Origin: an uncultured Alphaproteobacteria bacterium
GTDB lineage: Bacteria > Pseudomonadota > Alphaproteobacteria > Acetobacterales > Acetobacteraceae
Reading direction: 5' to 3'
Assembly (NCBI GenBank): GCA_963794185.1
Contig: CAWCDM010000097.1
Location: forward strand, 4,921 to 68,920
Length of the DNA stretch: 64,000 nt
This document shows positions 18,574-28,614 of this stretch, piece after piece. Below the pieces are notes generated by a model. That model had not been told where the DNA came from. It did no database searches and was given only the letters and a program-made list of their open reading frames with translations. The translations under genes and the position numbers were made by a program. Within the stretch, counting starts at the first letter, position 1. Each line of letters begins with the position of its first letter.

Positions 18574-20432
18574 GGCACAGCCTTGCGGAACGGGACGATC
18601 TTCAGCGAACCGACCTTGTCGGCGATGGCGTCGGCGATGAAGCGCGCGGTGATCGGCGTGCCGTCGAAGTGCAGCACGCGCGTGAGCTTCGCGGGATCGA
18701 TCTCCAGCTCGTTCACCAGCAGCGTGCGCAACTGGGCGTCGCGGTTCTGCTCGACGACGAAGAGCTGCTCATGCTCGGCGATGAAGGTCTTCACGTCGTT
18801 GTGGAACGGGAAGCCGCGCACGCGCAGCAGATCCAGGTGGATGCCCCGTTCCGCCAGAATCTCCTCCGCCTCGTTCATCGCCGGACTGGTCGAGCCGAAA
18901 TAGATCGCGCCAAGCCGCGTCGGCTCCGTCGCCAGGCGCGTGAGGGGTCGCGGCACCAACTGCTTTGCTGTCTCGAACTTCTTCAACAGCCGCAGCATGT
19001 TCTCGGCGTAGTCGGGGCCTTCCTCGCTGTAGCGCGCGCGGCTGTTCTTCGAAGTGCCGCGCGTGAAGAACGCGCCGCGCGTCGGATGCGTGCCGGGATA
19101 GGTGCGATACGGGATGCCGTCGCCGTCCACGTCGAGATAGCGGCCGAAATCCTTGCCGGCTTCGAGCTCCTCCGCGGTCATCACCTTGCCGCGGTCCATC
19201 TTCCGGCTGTCGTCCCAGGTGAGCGGCTTCGACAGCCGGTCGTTCATGCCGATCTCGAGGTCGAGCATGACGAAGATCGGGGTCTGCAGCCGGTCCGCCA
19301 GGTCGAACGACAGCGCGCCGAATTCGAAGCACTCGTACGGGTCCTCGGGGAACAGCAGCACATGCTTGGTGTCGCCATGCGAGGCATAGGCGCAGCTCAG
19401 GATATCGGTCTGCTGCGTGCGCGTCGGCATGCCGGTGGACGGGCCGGAGCGCTGCACGTCGAAGATCACCGCCGGGATTTCGGCAAAATAGGCAAGTCCG
19501 ACGAATTCCTGCATCAGCGAGATGCCCGGCCCGGACGTGGCGGTGAACGCGCGTGCGCCATTCCAGGCCGCACCGATCACCATGCCGATCGAGGCCAGCT
19601 CATCCTCCGCCTGCACGATCGCGAATTTCGCCCTCTTGGTTTGCGGATCGACGCGGTAGCGGTTGCAGTAGCGGGTGAACGCCTCGGCCAGCGACGAGGA
19701 CGGCGTGATGGGATACCACGCGCACACCGTCGCCCCGCCATACACCGCGCCCAGCGCGGCAGCGGCATTGCCTTCGATGAAGATGCGGTCGCCCACCCCA
19801 TCGGCGCGGCGCAGCGTTAGGCCGATCGGACAATCCAGGTGCTTCAGCGCATAGTCGCGCCCCATGTGCAGGGCCTGCACATTCGCCGCCACCAGCTTGT
19901 CGCGGCCGCGGAACTGCTCGGCCAACAAGGTCTCGATCGCCGCCACATCCATCTGCAGCAGCGCCGACAGCACGCCGAGATAGACGATATTCTTGAACAA
20001 CTGCCGCTGGCGCGAGTCGGTATAGGCCTTGTTGGTGATCTCGGTCAGCGGCACGCCGATCACCACGATGTCGTCGCGGAACCGCGACGGCGGCATCGGC
20101 TTCGTGGAATCGTAGAACAGGTAGCCGCCGGGCACGATCGACGCGATATCCTGCGTCCAGGTCTGCGGGTTCATCGCCACCATCAGATCCACGCCGCCGC
20201 CCCGCGCACCCAGATGTCCCGCCTCCGACACGCGCACCTCGTACCAGGTCGGCAGGCCCTGGATGTTCGAGGGAAAGATGTTGCGCGGCGTCACCGGCAC
20301 GCCCATCCGAAGGATCGATTTGGCGAACAGCGTGTTCGCGCTGGCCGAACCCGACCCGTTGACGTTGGCGAATTTGACGACGAAATCGTTGACGCGCTGG
20401 AGACCGGTTACGCGTTCTGCAAACTGCAACAT
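18570..20432 (-). CDS. korA: 2-oxoacid:ferredoxin oxidoreductase alpha subunit
   Basis: 620 aa. Its stop overlaps the korB start. Typical KorA N-terminus VVKFANVNGSGSASANTLF. Confidence 0.9.
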   Translation of the reverse strand: MLQFAERVTGLQRVNDFVVKFANVNGSGSASANTLFAKSILRMGVPVTPRNIFPSNIQGLPTWYEVRVSEAGHLGARGGGVDLMVAMNPQTWTQDIASIVPGGYLFYDSTKPMPPSRFRDDIVVIGVPLTEITNKAYTDSRQRQLFKNIVYLGVLSALLQMDVAAIETLLAEQFRGRDKLVAANVQALHMGRDYALKHLDCPIGLTLRRADGVGDRIFIEGNAAAALGAVYGGATVCAWYPITPSSSLAEAFTRYCNRYRVDPQTKRAKFAIVQAEDELASIGMVIGAAWNGARAFTATSGPGISLMQEFVGLAYFAEIPAVIFDVQRSGPSTGMPTRTQQTDILSCAYASHGDTKHVLLFPEDPYECFEFGALSFDLADRLQTPIFVMLDLEIGMNDRLSKPLTWDDSRKMDRGKVMTAEELEAGKDFGRYLDVDGDGIPYRTYPGTHPTRGAFFTRGTSKNSRARYSEEGPDYAENMLRLLKKFETAKQLVPRPLTRLATEPTRLGAIYFGSTSPAMNEAEEILAERGIHLDLLRVRGFPFHNDVKTFIAEHEQLFVVEQNRDAQLRTLLVNELEIDPAKLTRVLHFDGTPITARFIADAIADKVGSLKIVPFRKAVP

Positions 20433-22297
20433 GCGTGCTCCGCCTGTGCCACATCAAGAAGGAAGCGCTGCATATCCCACGCGCCAGTGGGGCACCGCTC
20501 GGCGCACAGGCCGCAGTGCAGGCAGACGTCTTCGTCCTTCACCATCACCCTGCCGGTCTTCAGTGCGCCGGAAACGTAAAGGTCCTGCGTCTCATTCATG
20601 GCCGGCGCGCTCAGCCGCAGCCGCAGTTCCGGCTCCGCGCCGTTCTCGGTGAAGCTGATGCAATCGACCGGACAGATATCCACGCACGCGTCGCACTCGA
20701 TGCACAGCGCGTCGGTGAACACGGTCTGCACGTCGCAGTTGAGACAGCGCTGCGCCTCGGCAAATGCCAGCTTGTCATCGAACCCAAGCTCGACCTCGGC
20801 CTTGATGTCGCGCAGCGCGATCAGCTTGTCGCGGTGCGGCACCTTGAAGCGAAGGTCCAGCGAGATGTCGTTGTCGTAGCTCCACTCGTGGATGCCCATC
20901 TTTTGCGAGGCGAGCGTCACCATCGGTGGTGGTCGTTCGCGCACGTCCTCGTGCTGGCAGAGCTTGTGGATGGAGATTGCCGCCTGGTGCCCGTGCGCCA
21001 CGGCCCAGATGATATTCTTCGGCCCGAACGCCGAGTCGCCGCCGAAGAAAACCTTTGGATTGGTCGAACCCATCGTCACTTCGTCGACGAGGGGCATGTC
21101 CCACTGGTCGAACTCGATGCCGATATCGCGCTCGATCCACGGGAAGGCGTTCTCCTGGCCCACCGCCACCAGCACATCATCGCATTCATAATGCTGATCG
21201 GGCTCGCCGGTCGGCACCAGCCGGCGGCGTCCCTTGGCGCCGTATTCGGCCTTCACCTTCTCGAACATCACCCCGGTAAGTTTTCCCGCCGTGTGGGTGA
21301 ACTCCTTCGGGACCAGCATGTTGAGGATCGGAATGTCCTCGTGCATGGCGTCGTCCTTTTCCCAGGGCGACGCCTTCATCTCCTCGAAGCCGGAGCGCAC
21401 GATCACCTTCACGTCCTCGCCGCCGAGCCGGCGGGATGAGCGGCAGCAATCCATCGCGGTGTTGCCGCCGCCGAGCACGATCACGCGCTTGCCGATCTTG
21501 CTGATGTGCCCGAACGACACCGACGACAGCCAGTCGATGCCGATATGGATGTTCGCCGCCGCCTCGTGCCGGCCGGGGATCGGCAGGTCGCGCCCGCGCG
21601 GAGCGCCGCAGCCGACGAAGATCGCGTCGAAGTCATCGGCCAGCAGCGCCTTTAGGCTGTCGACGCGCTGGCCTAGCCGCATCTCCATGCCGAGGCCGGT
21701 GATGTAGGCCACCTCCTCGTCGATGACGTCCTCGGGCAGGCGGAATTTTGGGATCTGGCTGCGGATCATGCCGCCCGCGCGCGGGTCCGAATCGAACACC
21801 ACCAGCTCGTAGCCGATGGGCGCCAGGTCACGGGCGACGGTCAGGGACGCGGGGCCGGCGCCGATCAGCGCGATTCGCTTGCCGTTGCTGCGCTCGGCCG
21901 GTTTGGGCAGGCGGTGGCGGATGTCGCCCTTGTAGTCCGCGGCGACGCGCTTGAGCCGGCAGATCGCCACCGGTTCCTCTTCGACGCGGCCGCGGCGGCA
22001 GGCCGGTTCGCAGGGCCGGTCGCAGGTTCGGCCGAGAATTCCCGGGAAGACGTTGGATTCCCAGTTGATCATGAACGCATCGGCGTAGCGGCCGGCCGCG
22101 ATCAGCCGGATATATTCCGGCACCGGGGTGTGGGCGGGACACGCCCACTGGCAGTCGACCACCTTATGGAAGTAGTCGGGGTTACCGATGTTCGTAGGCT
22201 GCAAGTCGGACTCCTCTCCCTCGGCACGCATGCGCACCGACGTGTGGCCATTTTTTGGCAGCGATTTTGTTGTGCGGCTGTGGCCTTCTCCCGTCAA
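20408..22297 (-). CDS. FAD/NAD(P)-dependent oxidoreductase related to the glutamate synthase small subunit, with a C-terminal 2x[4Fe-4S] ferredoxin domain
   Basis: GltD-like N-terminal Fe-S region (CQWACPAHTPVPEYI), a GAGPASL dinucleotide fold, and C-terminal CLNCDV...CIECDACVDICP and CLHCGLCAERCP. Overlaps the korA start by 25 nt. The true start may be ATG 22231. Confidence 0.85.
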   Translation of the reverse strand: MTGEGHSRTTKSLPKNGHTSVRMRAEGEESDLQPTNIGNPDYFHKVVDCQWACPAHTPVPEYIRLIAAGRYADAFMINWESNVFPGILGRTCDRPCEPACRRGRVEEEPVAICRLKRVAADYKGDIRHRLPKPAERSNGKRIALIGAGPASLTVARDLAPIGYELVVFDSDPRAGGMIRSQIPKFRLPEDVIDEEVAYITGLGMEMRLGQRVDSLKALLADDFDAIFVGCGAPRGRDLPIPGRHEAAANIHIGIDWLSSVSFGHISKIGKRVIVLGGGNTAMDCCRSSRRLGGEDVKVIVRSGFEEMKASPWEKDDAMHEDIPILNMLVPKEFTHTAGKLTGVMFEKVKAEYGAKGRRRLVPTGEPDQHYECDDVLVAVGQENAFPWIERDIGIEFDQWDMPLVDEVTMGSTNPKVFFGGDSAFGPKNIIWAVAHGHQAAISIHKLCQHEDVRERPPPMVTLASQKMGIHEWSYDNDISLDLRFKVPHRDKLIALRDIKAEVELGFDDKLAFAEAQRCLNCDVQTVFTDALCIECDACVDICPVDCISFTENGAEPELRLRLSAPAMNETQDLYVSGALKTGRVMVKDEDVCLHCGLCAERCPTGAWDMQRFLLDVAQAEHACCSLQNA

Positions 22298-22399
22298 TGA
22301 CCTTAGGCGAAATGCACCAGGTCTTCAACCAAAGTGGGCGCATGGCTGCTCTTTGGCGATCCCGTGGTGAACTCGCCGACGATGTGATACTATCTGCGA

Positions 22400-22822
22400 A
22401 TGAGGCTGGTCATTGACACCGATGTCCTCGTCGCCGGTGTCCGCAGCCCTGGCGGCGCATCGGCCGCGCTGCTTGTCCTGCTTCTGGAGCGCCAGGCCAC
22501 CATGCTGCTGAGCGTGGCCCTGGCATTCGAAAATGAAACGACCTGCACGAGGGCGGAACATCTGCTGGCGGCGCAGGCGAGCGAGGCAGATGTGAGACGG
22601 TTGATCGACGCGATCATCGACGTCATCGAGCCGGTCGAGGTGCACTACCAATGGCGGCCCCAGCTATCGGACGCGGGAGATGAGATGGTATTGGAAGCGG
22701 CGGTCAATGGCCGCACTGATGCCATCGTGACCTTCAATCGGACGGATTTCGGAACGGCGCCGGGCCGTTTCGGGATCGAGGTCATCGGCCCGGCAGAGGC
22801 GCTGCGGAGGATACGAAGGTGA
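22400..22822 (+). CDS. PIN-domain toxin of a type II toxin-antitoxin pair
   Basis: 140 aa. MRLVIDTDVLVAG... with acidic residues at PIN positions and a TFNRTDF C-terminal motif. Confidence 0.8.
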   Translation: MRLVIDTDVLVAGVRSPGGASAALLVLLLERQATMLLSVALAFENETTCTRAEHLLAAQASEADVRRLIDAIIDVIEPVEVHYQWRPQLSDAGDEMVLEAAVNGRTDAIVTFNRTDFGTAPGRFGIEVIGPAEALRRIRR

Positions 22823-23112
22823 CGACGAAGGTCACGACGTTTTCGTTGCGACTGCCGCTCTCCTTGAAGGCGGCAGTCGAGAAGCTGGCCGCGGCTGACG
22901 GGACCAGCATGAACCAGTTCCTCGTGATGGCGGCGGCGGAGAAACTCACAGCGATGCGGACGGCCGAAGCGTTCTTCGCCGAACGCAAGGGACGCGGCGA
23001 CAAGGCGGCGGCAATCCGTTTCCTGACCCGTGCCGGCGGGGAACCGCCTCACCCGGGCGATGAGTTGCAGGAAACGGGAACCGGCGGCGGGCAGGGGAGG
23101 TCGAGTCAATAG
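22819..23112 (+). CDS. ribbon-helix-helix (HicB/CopG-like) antitoxin
   Basis: GTG 22819 overlaps the toxin stop (GTGA). FSLRLPLSLKAAVEKLAAADGTSMNQFLVMAAAEKL is a typical RHH segment. Confidence 0.7.
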   Translation: MTTKVTTFSLRLPLSLKAAVEKLAAADGTSMNQFLVMAAAEKLTAMRTAEAFFAERKGRGDKAAAIRFLTRAGGEPPHPGDELQETGTGGGQGRSSQ

Positions 23113-23125
23113 GCAGCCCGTCTCG

Positions 23126-24733
23126 CTACGGCCGCATCGTGAACGCCGAGGGCCCCGGCGTGCGCAGCGGCGCGGCCAGATTTGCGAACTCGCACAGCAG
23201 GCGGCGGGTGTCGCGCGGGTCGATGACGTCCTCCACCCAGAAGGTCTCCGCGGTGCGGTAGGGCGAGCGCAGCCGGTTCAGCCGCGCCTCGATCTCCGCC
23301 ATCTTCGCGGCCGGATCGGGCGCGGCGTCGATCTCGGCCCGGTAGGCCGCCTCAATGCCGCCCTCCAGCGGCAGCGATCCCCAACTCGCCGAGGGCCAGG
23401 CGTAGCGCTGACATAGGTGGCTCACGGGCTGGTGGCCCAGGCCGCCGACGCCGTAGCAGTTGCGCACGACAACACTGCACCACGGCACAGTGGTCTGGTT
23501 GATCGCCGAGAGGGCACGCACCCCCCAGCGGATCACGGCGCTGCTCTCGGCGGCGAGCCCGACCTGGAAGCCGGGGCAGTCCACCAGATGCACGATCGGC
23601 AGATGGAAGGTCTGAGCAAGATCGACGAAGCGTATAATCTTGCTGCATGCATCCGCGGTCCAGGCGCCGCCGTGGAACAGCGGGTCGCCCGCCATCAGCG
23701 CCACCGGCCAGCCATCCAGCCGGCAGAAGCCGGTGATGATGGGGCGGCCGAAGGAGCGTCCCATCTCGAAGAAGCTGTCCTTGTCCGCCAGCGCCTCAAT
23801 GATCCGGCGCATGTGGTAGGCCTGCTTCTTGTTGCGGGGGATCGCGGCGATCAGGAAGTCTTCCCCCCGTTCCGGATGGTCCCAGTTGCGCACCCGCGGC
23901 GGCAGGTCCCAAATCGAGCCGGGAAGATACGACAGAAACCGTCGCGCGGCCTCGAACGCCTCGTCCTCGGTGTCCACCGCCTGATCGACCGCGCCGCAGG
24001 ATAGTTGCACGTCCCAGCCGCCGAGTTCCTGCTTGGTGCGGGGCTCGCCCAGCCGCTCCACCACCGGCGGGCCGGCCACGAACACGGCGGAAATCTCCTT
24101 CACCATCACCGAATAGTGGCTGGCCGCCAGCCGCGCCGCGCCCAGCCCGGCGACCGAGCCCAGGCCCAGGGCCACGACCGGCACCGTCCCCATGTTGTTG
24201 GCCACGAGGTCGAACGACGTGGTCTCCGACAGCCCGCCGGGCAGGTTGGCGCGGCCGGTAGTCTCGATGGTCTTCACCGAGCCGCCCCCGCCGGAGCCCT
24301 CGATCAGCCGGATGATCGGCATGCGGAACTCCGCGGCGATCTGCTCCGACATCTTCGGCTTGCCCTTGATCGAGGCGTCAGCCGATCCGCCGCGCAGCGT
24401 GAAGTCATCGCCGGCGATTACCACAGGCCGCCCATCGACCGTGCCGCGACCGAACACGCAGTTGGCCGGAGTGAACGCAACGATCTGCCTGCTGTCAGCG
24501 TCGTAGGTCGCCTTGCCGGCGATCGCGCCGATCTCGTGGAAGCTGCCGGGATCGAGCATGCGGTCGATCCGCTCGCGGACGGTGAGGCGACCGCCCGTGT
24601 GCTGGCGCGCGACGCGTTCCGCGCCGCCCAGCTCCTTGGCGAGCGCCACACGCGCGCGGAGTTCGGCAAGTTCCGGTTCCCACCCGACCGGCGTGGTCAG
24701 TTGCGGGTGTGGTGAAGCGGAGTCGTCGGGCAT
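23126..24733 (-). CDS. acyl-CoA carboxylase carboxyltransferase (beta) subunit family protein
   Basis: ATG 24733 (MPDDSASPH...). Contains GGRLTVRERIDRMLDPGSF and GGSADASIKGKP motifs. No biotin carboxylase or BCCP gene is adjacent. Confidence 0.88.
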   Translation of the reverse strand: MPDDSASPHPQLTTPVGWEPELAELRARVALAKELGGAERVARQHTGGRLTVRERIDRMLDPGSFHEIGAIAGKATYDADSRQIVAFTPANCVFGRGTVDGRPVVIAGDDFTLRGGSADASIKGKPKMSEQIAAEFRMPIIRLIEGSGGGGSVKTIETTGRANLPGGLSETTSFDLVANNMGTVPVVALGLGSVAGLGAARLAASHYSVMVKEISAVFVAGPPVVERLGEPRTKQELGGWDVQLSCGAVDQAVDTEDEAFEAARRFLSYLPGSIWDLPPRVRNWDHPERGEDFLIAAIPRNKKQAYHMRRIIEALADKDSFFEMGRSFGRPIITGFCRLDGWPVALMAGDPLFHGGAWTADACSKIIRFVDLAQTFHLPIVHLVDCPGFQVGLAAESSAVIRWGVRALSAINQTTVPWCSVVVRNCYGVGGLGHQPVSHLCQRYAWPSASWGSLPLEGGIEAAYRAEIDAAPDPAAKMAEIEARLNRLRSPYRTAETFWVEDVIDPRDTRRLLCEFANLAAPLRTPGPSAFTMRP

Positions 24734-24756
24734 CGTCGTCCTGTCCTGGTCTGGCG

Positions 24757-25116
24757 TCAGCTTATCGGCGGGCCGCAGCGGTGCCAGACCTGCACCGGCC
24801 CGTCCGACGAATAGGACGGACCGGATCCGATGCGCAAATGCACCGTGTCCTCGTTGATCAGGGTCATCGAGATCATCCGTCCGGCATCCGGGTCGGCCTG
24901 CGGCGCCACATAGGTGAAGAAGTGGCGCGAGTAGTCGCCCTGGATATGGCTGCCGGCGGGCGTGATCATGGCCGGGCCCCGAATCGAGAGGCGCTGGCCG
25001 TCGGTGAAACACCAGTGTCCGTCGATCACGTCGGCCCAGGCAGGGATTGTGCCGGCAGCGAACATGGCCGCACAGACCGCGACACCGGCCAATCGATAAT
25101 GGGGCATCGACGGCAT
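24757..25116 (-). CDS. hypothetical secreted protein
   Basis: An internal ATG gives MPSMPHYRLAGVAVCAAMFAAGTIPAWA, a signal peptide. Stop lies 24 nt before the carboxyltransferase start. No family recognised. Confidence 0.5.
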   Translation of the reverse strand: MPSMPHYRLAGVAVCAAMFAAGTIPAWADVIDGHWCFTDGQRLSIRGPAMITPAGSHIQGDYSRHFFTYVAPQADPDAGRMISMTLINEDTVHLRIGSGPSYSSDGPVQVWHRCGPPIS

Positions 25117-25262
25117 CCTTCCACGGCTGGAAATTGATGGCGGGACGCTATGGCAGGGCAGGGCGGCATGCAACGCCCCGGCCGCCGACCGAGCCACTTG
25201 CCAAGCCGGCCGCAATACCGTATTGCGAATGAGATTGCGAGTTATTCGCATATAGGTGACGC

Positions 25263-25664
25263 ATGAGTCTTCGAACGCTCCGGCTGGTTCAACCCGGCTT
25301 CAACCATGGCCAGGCCTGCCGGCGACGGCGGCGGCCGTTCCAGGGTCTTGGCTGCGTGCTCGCCACAGCCGCGCTGCTTCAGTCCTCCCCGGTGCAGGCC
25401 GAGATCCCGACGTTCTCGATCTCGATTCGCGACAATGCGTTTGTTCCGGCCGAACTGTCGGTACCCGCCGGGCAGAAGATCGAGCTGCATGTCACGAACG
25501 AACGTGCCGCCGCGTCGGAATTCGAAAGCGCGGAACTGCGCCGCGAGAAGATCGTCCCGCCCGGCCAGCAGGTGACGGTCTATGTCGGGCCGCTCCGGCC
25601 AGGCTCCTACGAGTTCTTCGACGACTTCAATCCGCAGACCCGCGGTCATCTCATCGCGCGCTGA
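25263..25664 (+). CDS. cupredoxin-like domain protein (EfeO N-terminal type)
   Basis: Signal sequence followed by FVPAELSVPAGQKIELHVTNERAAASEFES...PGSYEFFDDFNP. Confidence 0.65.
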   Translation: MSLRTLRLVQPGFNHGQACRRRRRPFQGLGCVLATAALLQSSPVQAEIPTFSISIRDNAFVPAELSVPAGQKIELHVTNERAAASEFESAELRREKIVPPGQQVTVYVGPLRPGSYEFFDDFNPQTRGHLIAR

Positions 25665-25670
25665 GGCCCT

Positions 25671-26498
25671 ATGCTCGGTGTCGCAATCGTTCGTCTTGCC
25701 ATCCCGATGCGGGCCATGCCGCGTGGCCGTATCCGGCGCCGGAGACTGCCGGTCGTCGGCGCCGCGGCCCTTGTCGCACTTGTCCCGGCATATTCGGCTC
25801 ATGCGGATTTGCAGGTGCGAATGCCGACTGTCGAGTTCCGTGAGCTGGAATTCGAGCACAATGGCTTTTTCAGCTTTGACAAAGATCGCACGTTGGGCGG
25901 CCAACAGAGCTACACCAACTCGATCGGATACGGAGTGACGCCGTGGTGGAAGATCGAGCTGGAAGGTGAGTCAAATTCCGTTCCCGACAGCAGTGTGCAC
26001 TATACGGCCACCACGATCGAGAACATCTTTCAGATCACGGAACCCGGCCAATACATGTTCAACCTCGGCTTCTTCGCCGAATATTCGCAGTCAGCGCTGA
26101 ACGGAGACCCAAATAGCTTCACCCTGGGACCGATCGTCCAAAAGGAGCTATACGATGTCCTGGGAGTCGACAGCCTTCATACGCTGAATGTGTTCTTTTC
26201 CCATGATGTCGGCCACAATGCCAGCCATGCGACAGGCCTGGAAATGGCATGGCAGTCACGGCTGCTGTCGAACCCCTATATCGATCCGGCGCTGGAGTAT
26301 TATGGATTCGTCAACGATCTGGGAGAAGCGGGCAAGTTCTCGCAGCAGCAGCATTTCATTGGTCCGGTGGCGGTGGGCGCCATCAATTTCGCACCCTATG
26401 GCAAGCTGAAATACGAGGTCGGCTATATGTTCGGGATGACGGAGGCTTCTCCCCGCGGCGCGATCCGCTGGAAAGTGGAGTACGAAATTGCGTTCTAG
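25671..26498 (+). CDS. putative outer-membrane beta-barrel protein
   Basis: Signal peptide ending SAHA, alternating beta-strand pattern, C-terminal ...KVEYEIAF. The start may be an internal ATG (about 25707). Confidence 0.6.
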   Translation: MLGVAIVRLAIPMRAMPRGRIRRRRLPVVGAAALVALVPAYSAHADLQVRMPTVEFRELEFEHNGFFSFDKDRTLGGQQSYTNSIGYGVTPWWKIELEGESNSVPDSSVHYTATTIENIFQITEPGQYMFNLGFFAEYSQSALNGDPNSFTLGPIVQKELYDVLGVDSLHTLNVFFSHDVGHNASHATGLEMAWQSRLLSNPYIDPALEYYGFVNDLGEAGKFSQQQHFIGPVAVGAINFAPYGKLKYEVGYMFGMTEASPRGAIRWKVEYEIAF

Positions 26499-26505
26499 AG
26501 AAAAA

Positions 26506-26583
26506 TGTGCACCGCGCCCGCTTGCGGGAGGAAAACCCTCTCCCGTCGCGCTCCGACCTCTCCCGCAAGGGGCGAGGTGTACA
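26506..26583. repeat. REP/MITE-like palindromic element, copy 3 (shorter)
   Basis: TGCACCGCGCCCGCTTGCGGGAGG ... CGACCTCTCCCGCAAGGGGCGAGGTGTACA. Confidence 0.8.
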
Positions 26584-26649
26584 TTGTGTCCGCTCGCCGG
26601 CAATGCGACCTGCCGAGTCGTGAAGGCCGGCACCGATGGCGCACCCGTG

Positions 26650-27033
26650 CTACGCGGCGTCGATGAAACTCACATGGGCCGCGACGACCCGCCAACCCTC
26701 CGGCGTCCTCACCCAGGTCTGCATCTGCCGGCCGATCTTTCCAGGCACCGTATCACGCTCGAACAAAGTCGAGGCGGTCGCGAAGTCATTGCCGTACGTT
26801 GTAATCACCGTGCGCGAAATTCGCCGCGCCAGCCCAATCGGCGAGCGTGCCGCGCGGTACGCAGCGATCTCGTCGCTGCCATACAAATTCTCACCGATGC
26901 CGTAGCGGATGGTGTACTCGCTCGGCCAAAATAACTGCTGCAACGTGACGACGTCGTTGCTCGTCAGCGCGGTCTCGTAGCGTGCAAACGCCGCTTCGAC
27001 CTCGGCGCGCACCTCGGGAACGTTGGTCTCCAT
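26650..27033 (-). CDS. AtzH/HpxZ-like SnoaL-fold protein (1,3-dicarboxyurea amidohydrolase family)
   Basis: ATG 27033. [36 protein letters not shown] is typical of the DUF3225/AtzH family. Lies immediately after the AtzE-like gene. Confidence 0.75.
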   Translation of the reverse strand: METNVPEVRAEVEAAFARYETALTSNDVVTLQQLFWPSEYTIRYGIGENLYGSDEIAAYRAARSPIGLARRISRTVITTYGNDFATASTLFERDTVPGKIGRQMQTWVRTPEGWRVVAAHVSFIDAA

Positions 27034-27037
27034 GCAG

Positions 27038-28432
27038 CTACTCCGGCGGCTGCGGCGCCCAAACGATGCCGCGTGCCTCCAGATCATAGGCGATGCGCAG
27101 CGCCACGTCTTCGCGCCACGGGGCCGCAATGATCTGCACACCGATCGGCATGTCGCCCGACCGGGGAACCGGCACCGCGACGACAGGCAGGCCGACGAAC
27201 GAAATAGGCTGCGTGTAGATGCCGATATTCGGGCGCAGCGGCACCTCTTGTCCGTTCAGCACGAAGCTCTTCTGACCGATCGGCGGCGCCACGCACGGCG
27301 TGGCTGGAGCGATGATCGCGTCCACGTCGTCGAGCACGCGCAGCATCGCGTCGCGATACCAGCGACGGAATTTCTGCGCCTGGACCACCCAGGCAGCAGG
27401 AACCATGGCGCCGGCGATCAACCGGTCGCGCACGTCCGGATCGAAATCAAACGGCTGCGTGCGCAGGCGGTGCAGATGCAGTGCGGCCCCTTCGGATGTG
27501 GTGATCAGATAGGCCGCGGCTCGCGCACGCGCGGCTTCCGGCAGCTCGATCTGTCGCGTCGCGCCGAGTGCTGCAGCCACGCCGTCCAACGCGGCCAGCG
27601 CCTCTGCACCGGCGCCCGAACGGAAATAGCCGCCGGCGCTCGCAATGCGCAGTCCGCCAACGCCCGCCGCGACCGTCGGACCAACCGGTTCGGCGGCGCG
27701 GTCCGCGCAGACCGGATCGAGCACATCCGGCCCCAGCATCGCGTCATATGCAAGCGCAAGATCGGCGGTGTTGCGGGCAAACGGACCAAGATGGTCGAGG
27801 CTGGACACAAATGGAAAACTGCCGGCGCGCGACAGCCGGCCGAATGTCGGCTTCAGACCGAAGATGCCGCAGAAAGACGAGGGCACGCGGATCGAACCGT
27901 TGGTGTCGGAGCCGAGCGCGATCGGCACCATGCCGCCGGCGACCGCGCCGCCCGACCCGCCGGATGAGCCGCCGGTCATCCGTGCAGTGTCGTGGGGGTT
28001 GCGCGAGGGGCCGTCGTGGCTGTTCTCGCCGGTAAAGTCGTACGCATATTCGCCCATGTTCAGCGCACCCACCAGCACCGCGCCTGCCGCTTCGAGCCGT
28101 CTGATGAGCGTTGCATCCGCATCTGCCGGCGGATGTTCGCGATTGATTTTCGAGCCCGCCAGCGTCGGCAGGCCGGCGATGTCGATCAGGTTCTTCACTG
28201 CGAACGGCACGCCGGCGAGCGGCCCGAGAGGTTCTCCCGCAGTGCGCGCAGCATCGATGGCAGCCGCGCGGGAGCGGGCGCGTTCGGCCGTGATAGCGGT
28301 GAACGCATTCAGCACGGGATTGCGTCGGGTGATGCGTGCCAATGCCGCATCGACCACCGCTGCTGCAGTTGTCTCACCGGTTGCCACCGCAGCGGCAATC
28401 TTCGTCGCCGAGCTCCAGTCGAACTCGCTCAT
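27038..28432 (-). CDS. atzE: AtzE-family amidase (1-carboxybiuret hydrolase large subunit-like)
   Basis: 464 aa. Amidase signature [12 protein letters not shown]. Start overlaps the stop of the small AtzG-like ORF. Confidence 0.8.
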   Translation of the reverse strand: MSEFDWSSATKIAAAVATGETTAAAVVDAALARITRRNPVLNAFTAITAERARSRAAAIDAARTAGEPLGPLAGVPFAVKNLIDIAGLPTLAGSKINREHPPADADATLIRRLEAAGAVLVGALNMGEYAYDFTGENSHDGPSRNPHDTARMTGGSSGGSGGAVAGGMVPIALGSDTNGSIRVPSSFCGIFGLKPTFGRLSRAGSFPFVSSLDHLGPFARNTADLALAYDAMLGPDVLDPVCADRAAEPVGPTVAAGVGGLRIASAGGYFRSGAGAEALAALDGVAAALGATRQIELPEAARARAAAYLITTSEGAALHLHRLRTQPFDFDPDVRDRLIAGAMVPAAWVVQAQKFRRWYRDAMLRVLDDVDAIIAPATPCVAPPIGQKSFVLNGQEVPLRPNIGIYTQPISFVGLPVVAVPVPRSGDMPIGVQIIAAPWREDVALRIAYDLEARGIVWAPQPPE

Positions 28433-28614
28433 GCGCGGAACACCGGCGCGGGGTCGGCATCATCGGCGAGCTGAAAATCCAGCACTCGATGTGCCAGGTC
28501 GCGTGTGATGCGCAGATGCAATTTCACGGCGTCGCGCCATTCGGTTGCCACGGTGATGCCGAGCAATCCGGCATCGGCATCCAGCCAGGCGTCAAGATCG
28601 TCAGTGTCGCTCAT
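28429..28614 (-). CDS. atzG: AtzG-like small subunit (DUF4089)
   Basis: 61 aa, MSDTDDLDAWLDADAGLLGITVATEWRDAVKLHL. ATGA overlap with the upstream allophanate hydrolase stop. Confidence 0.7.
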   Translation of the reverse strand: MSDTDDLDAWLDADAGLLGITVATEWRDAVKLHLRITRDLAHRVLDFQLADDADPAPVFRA

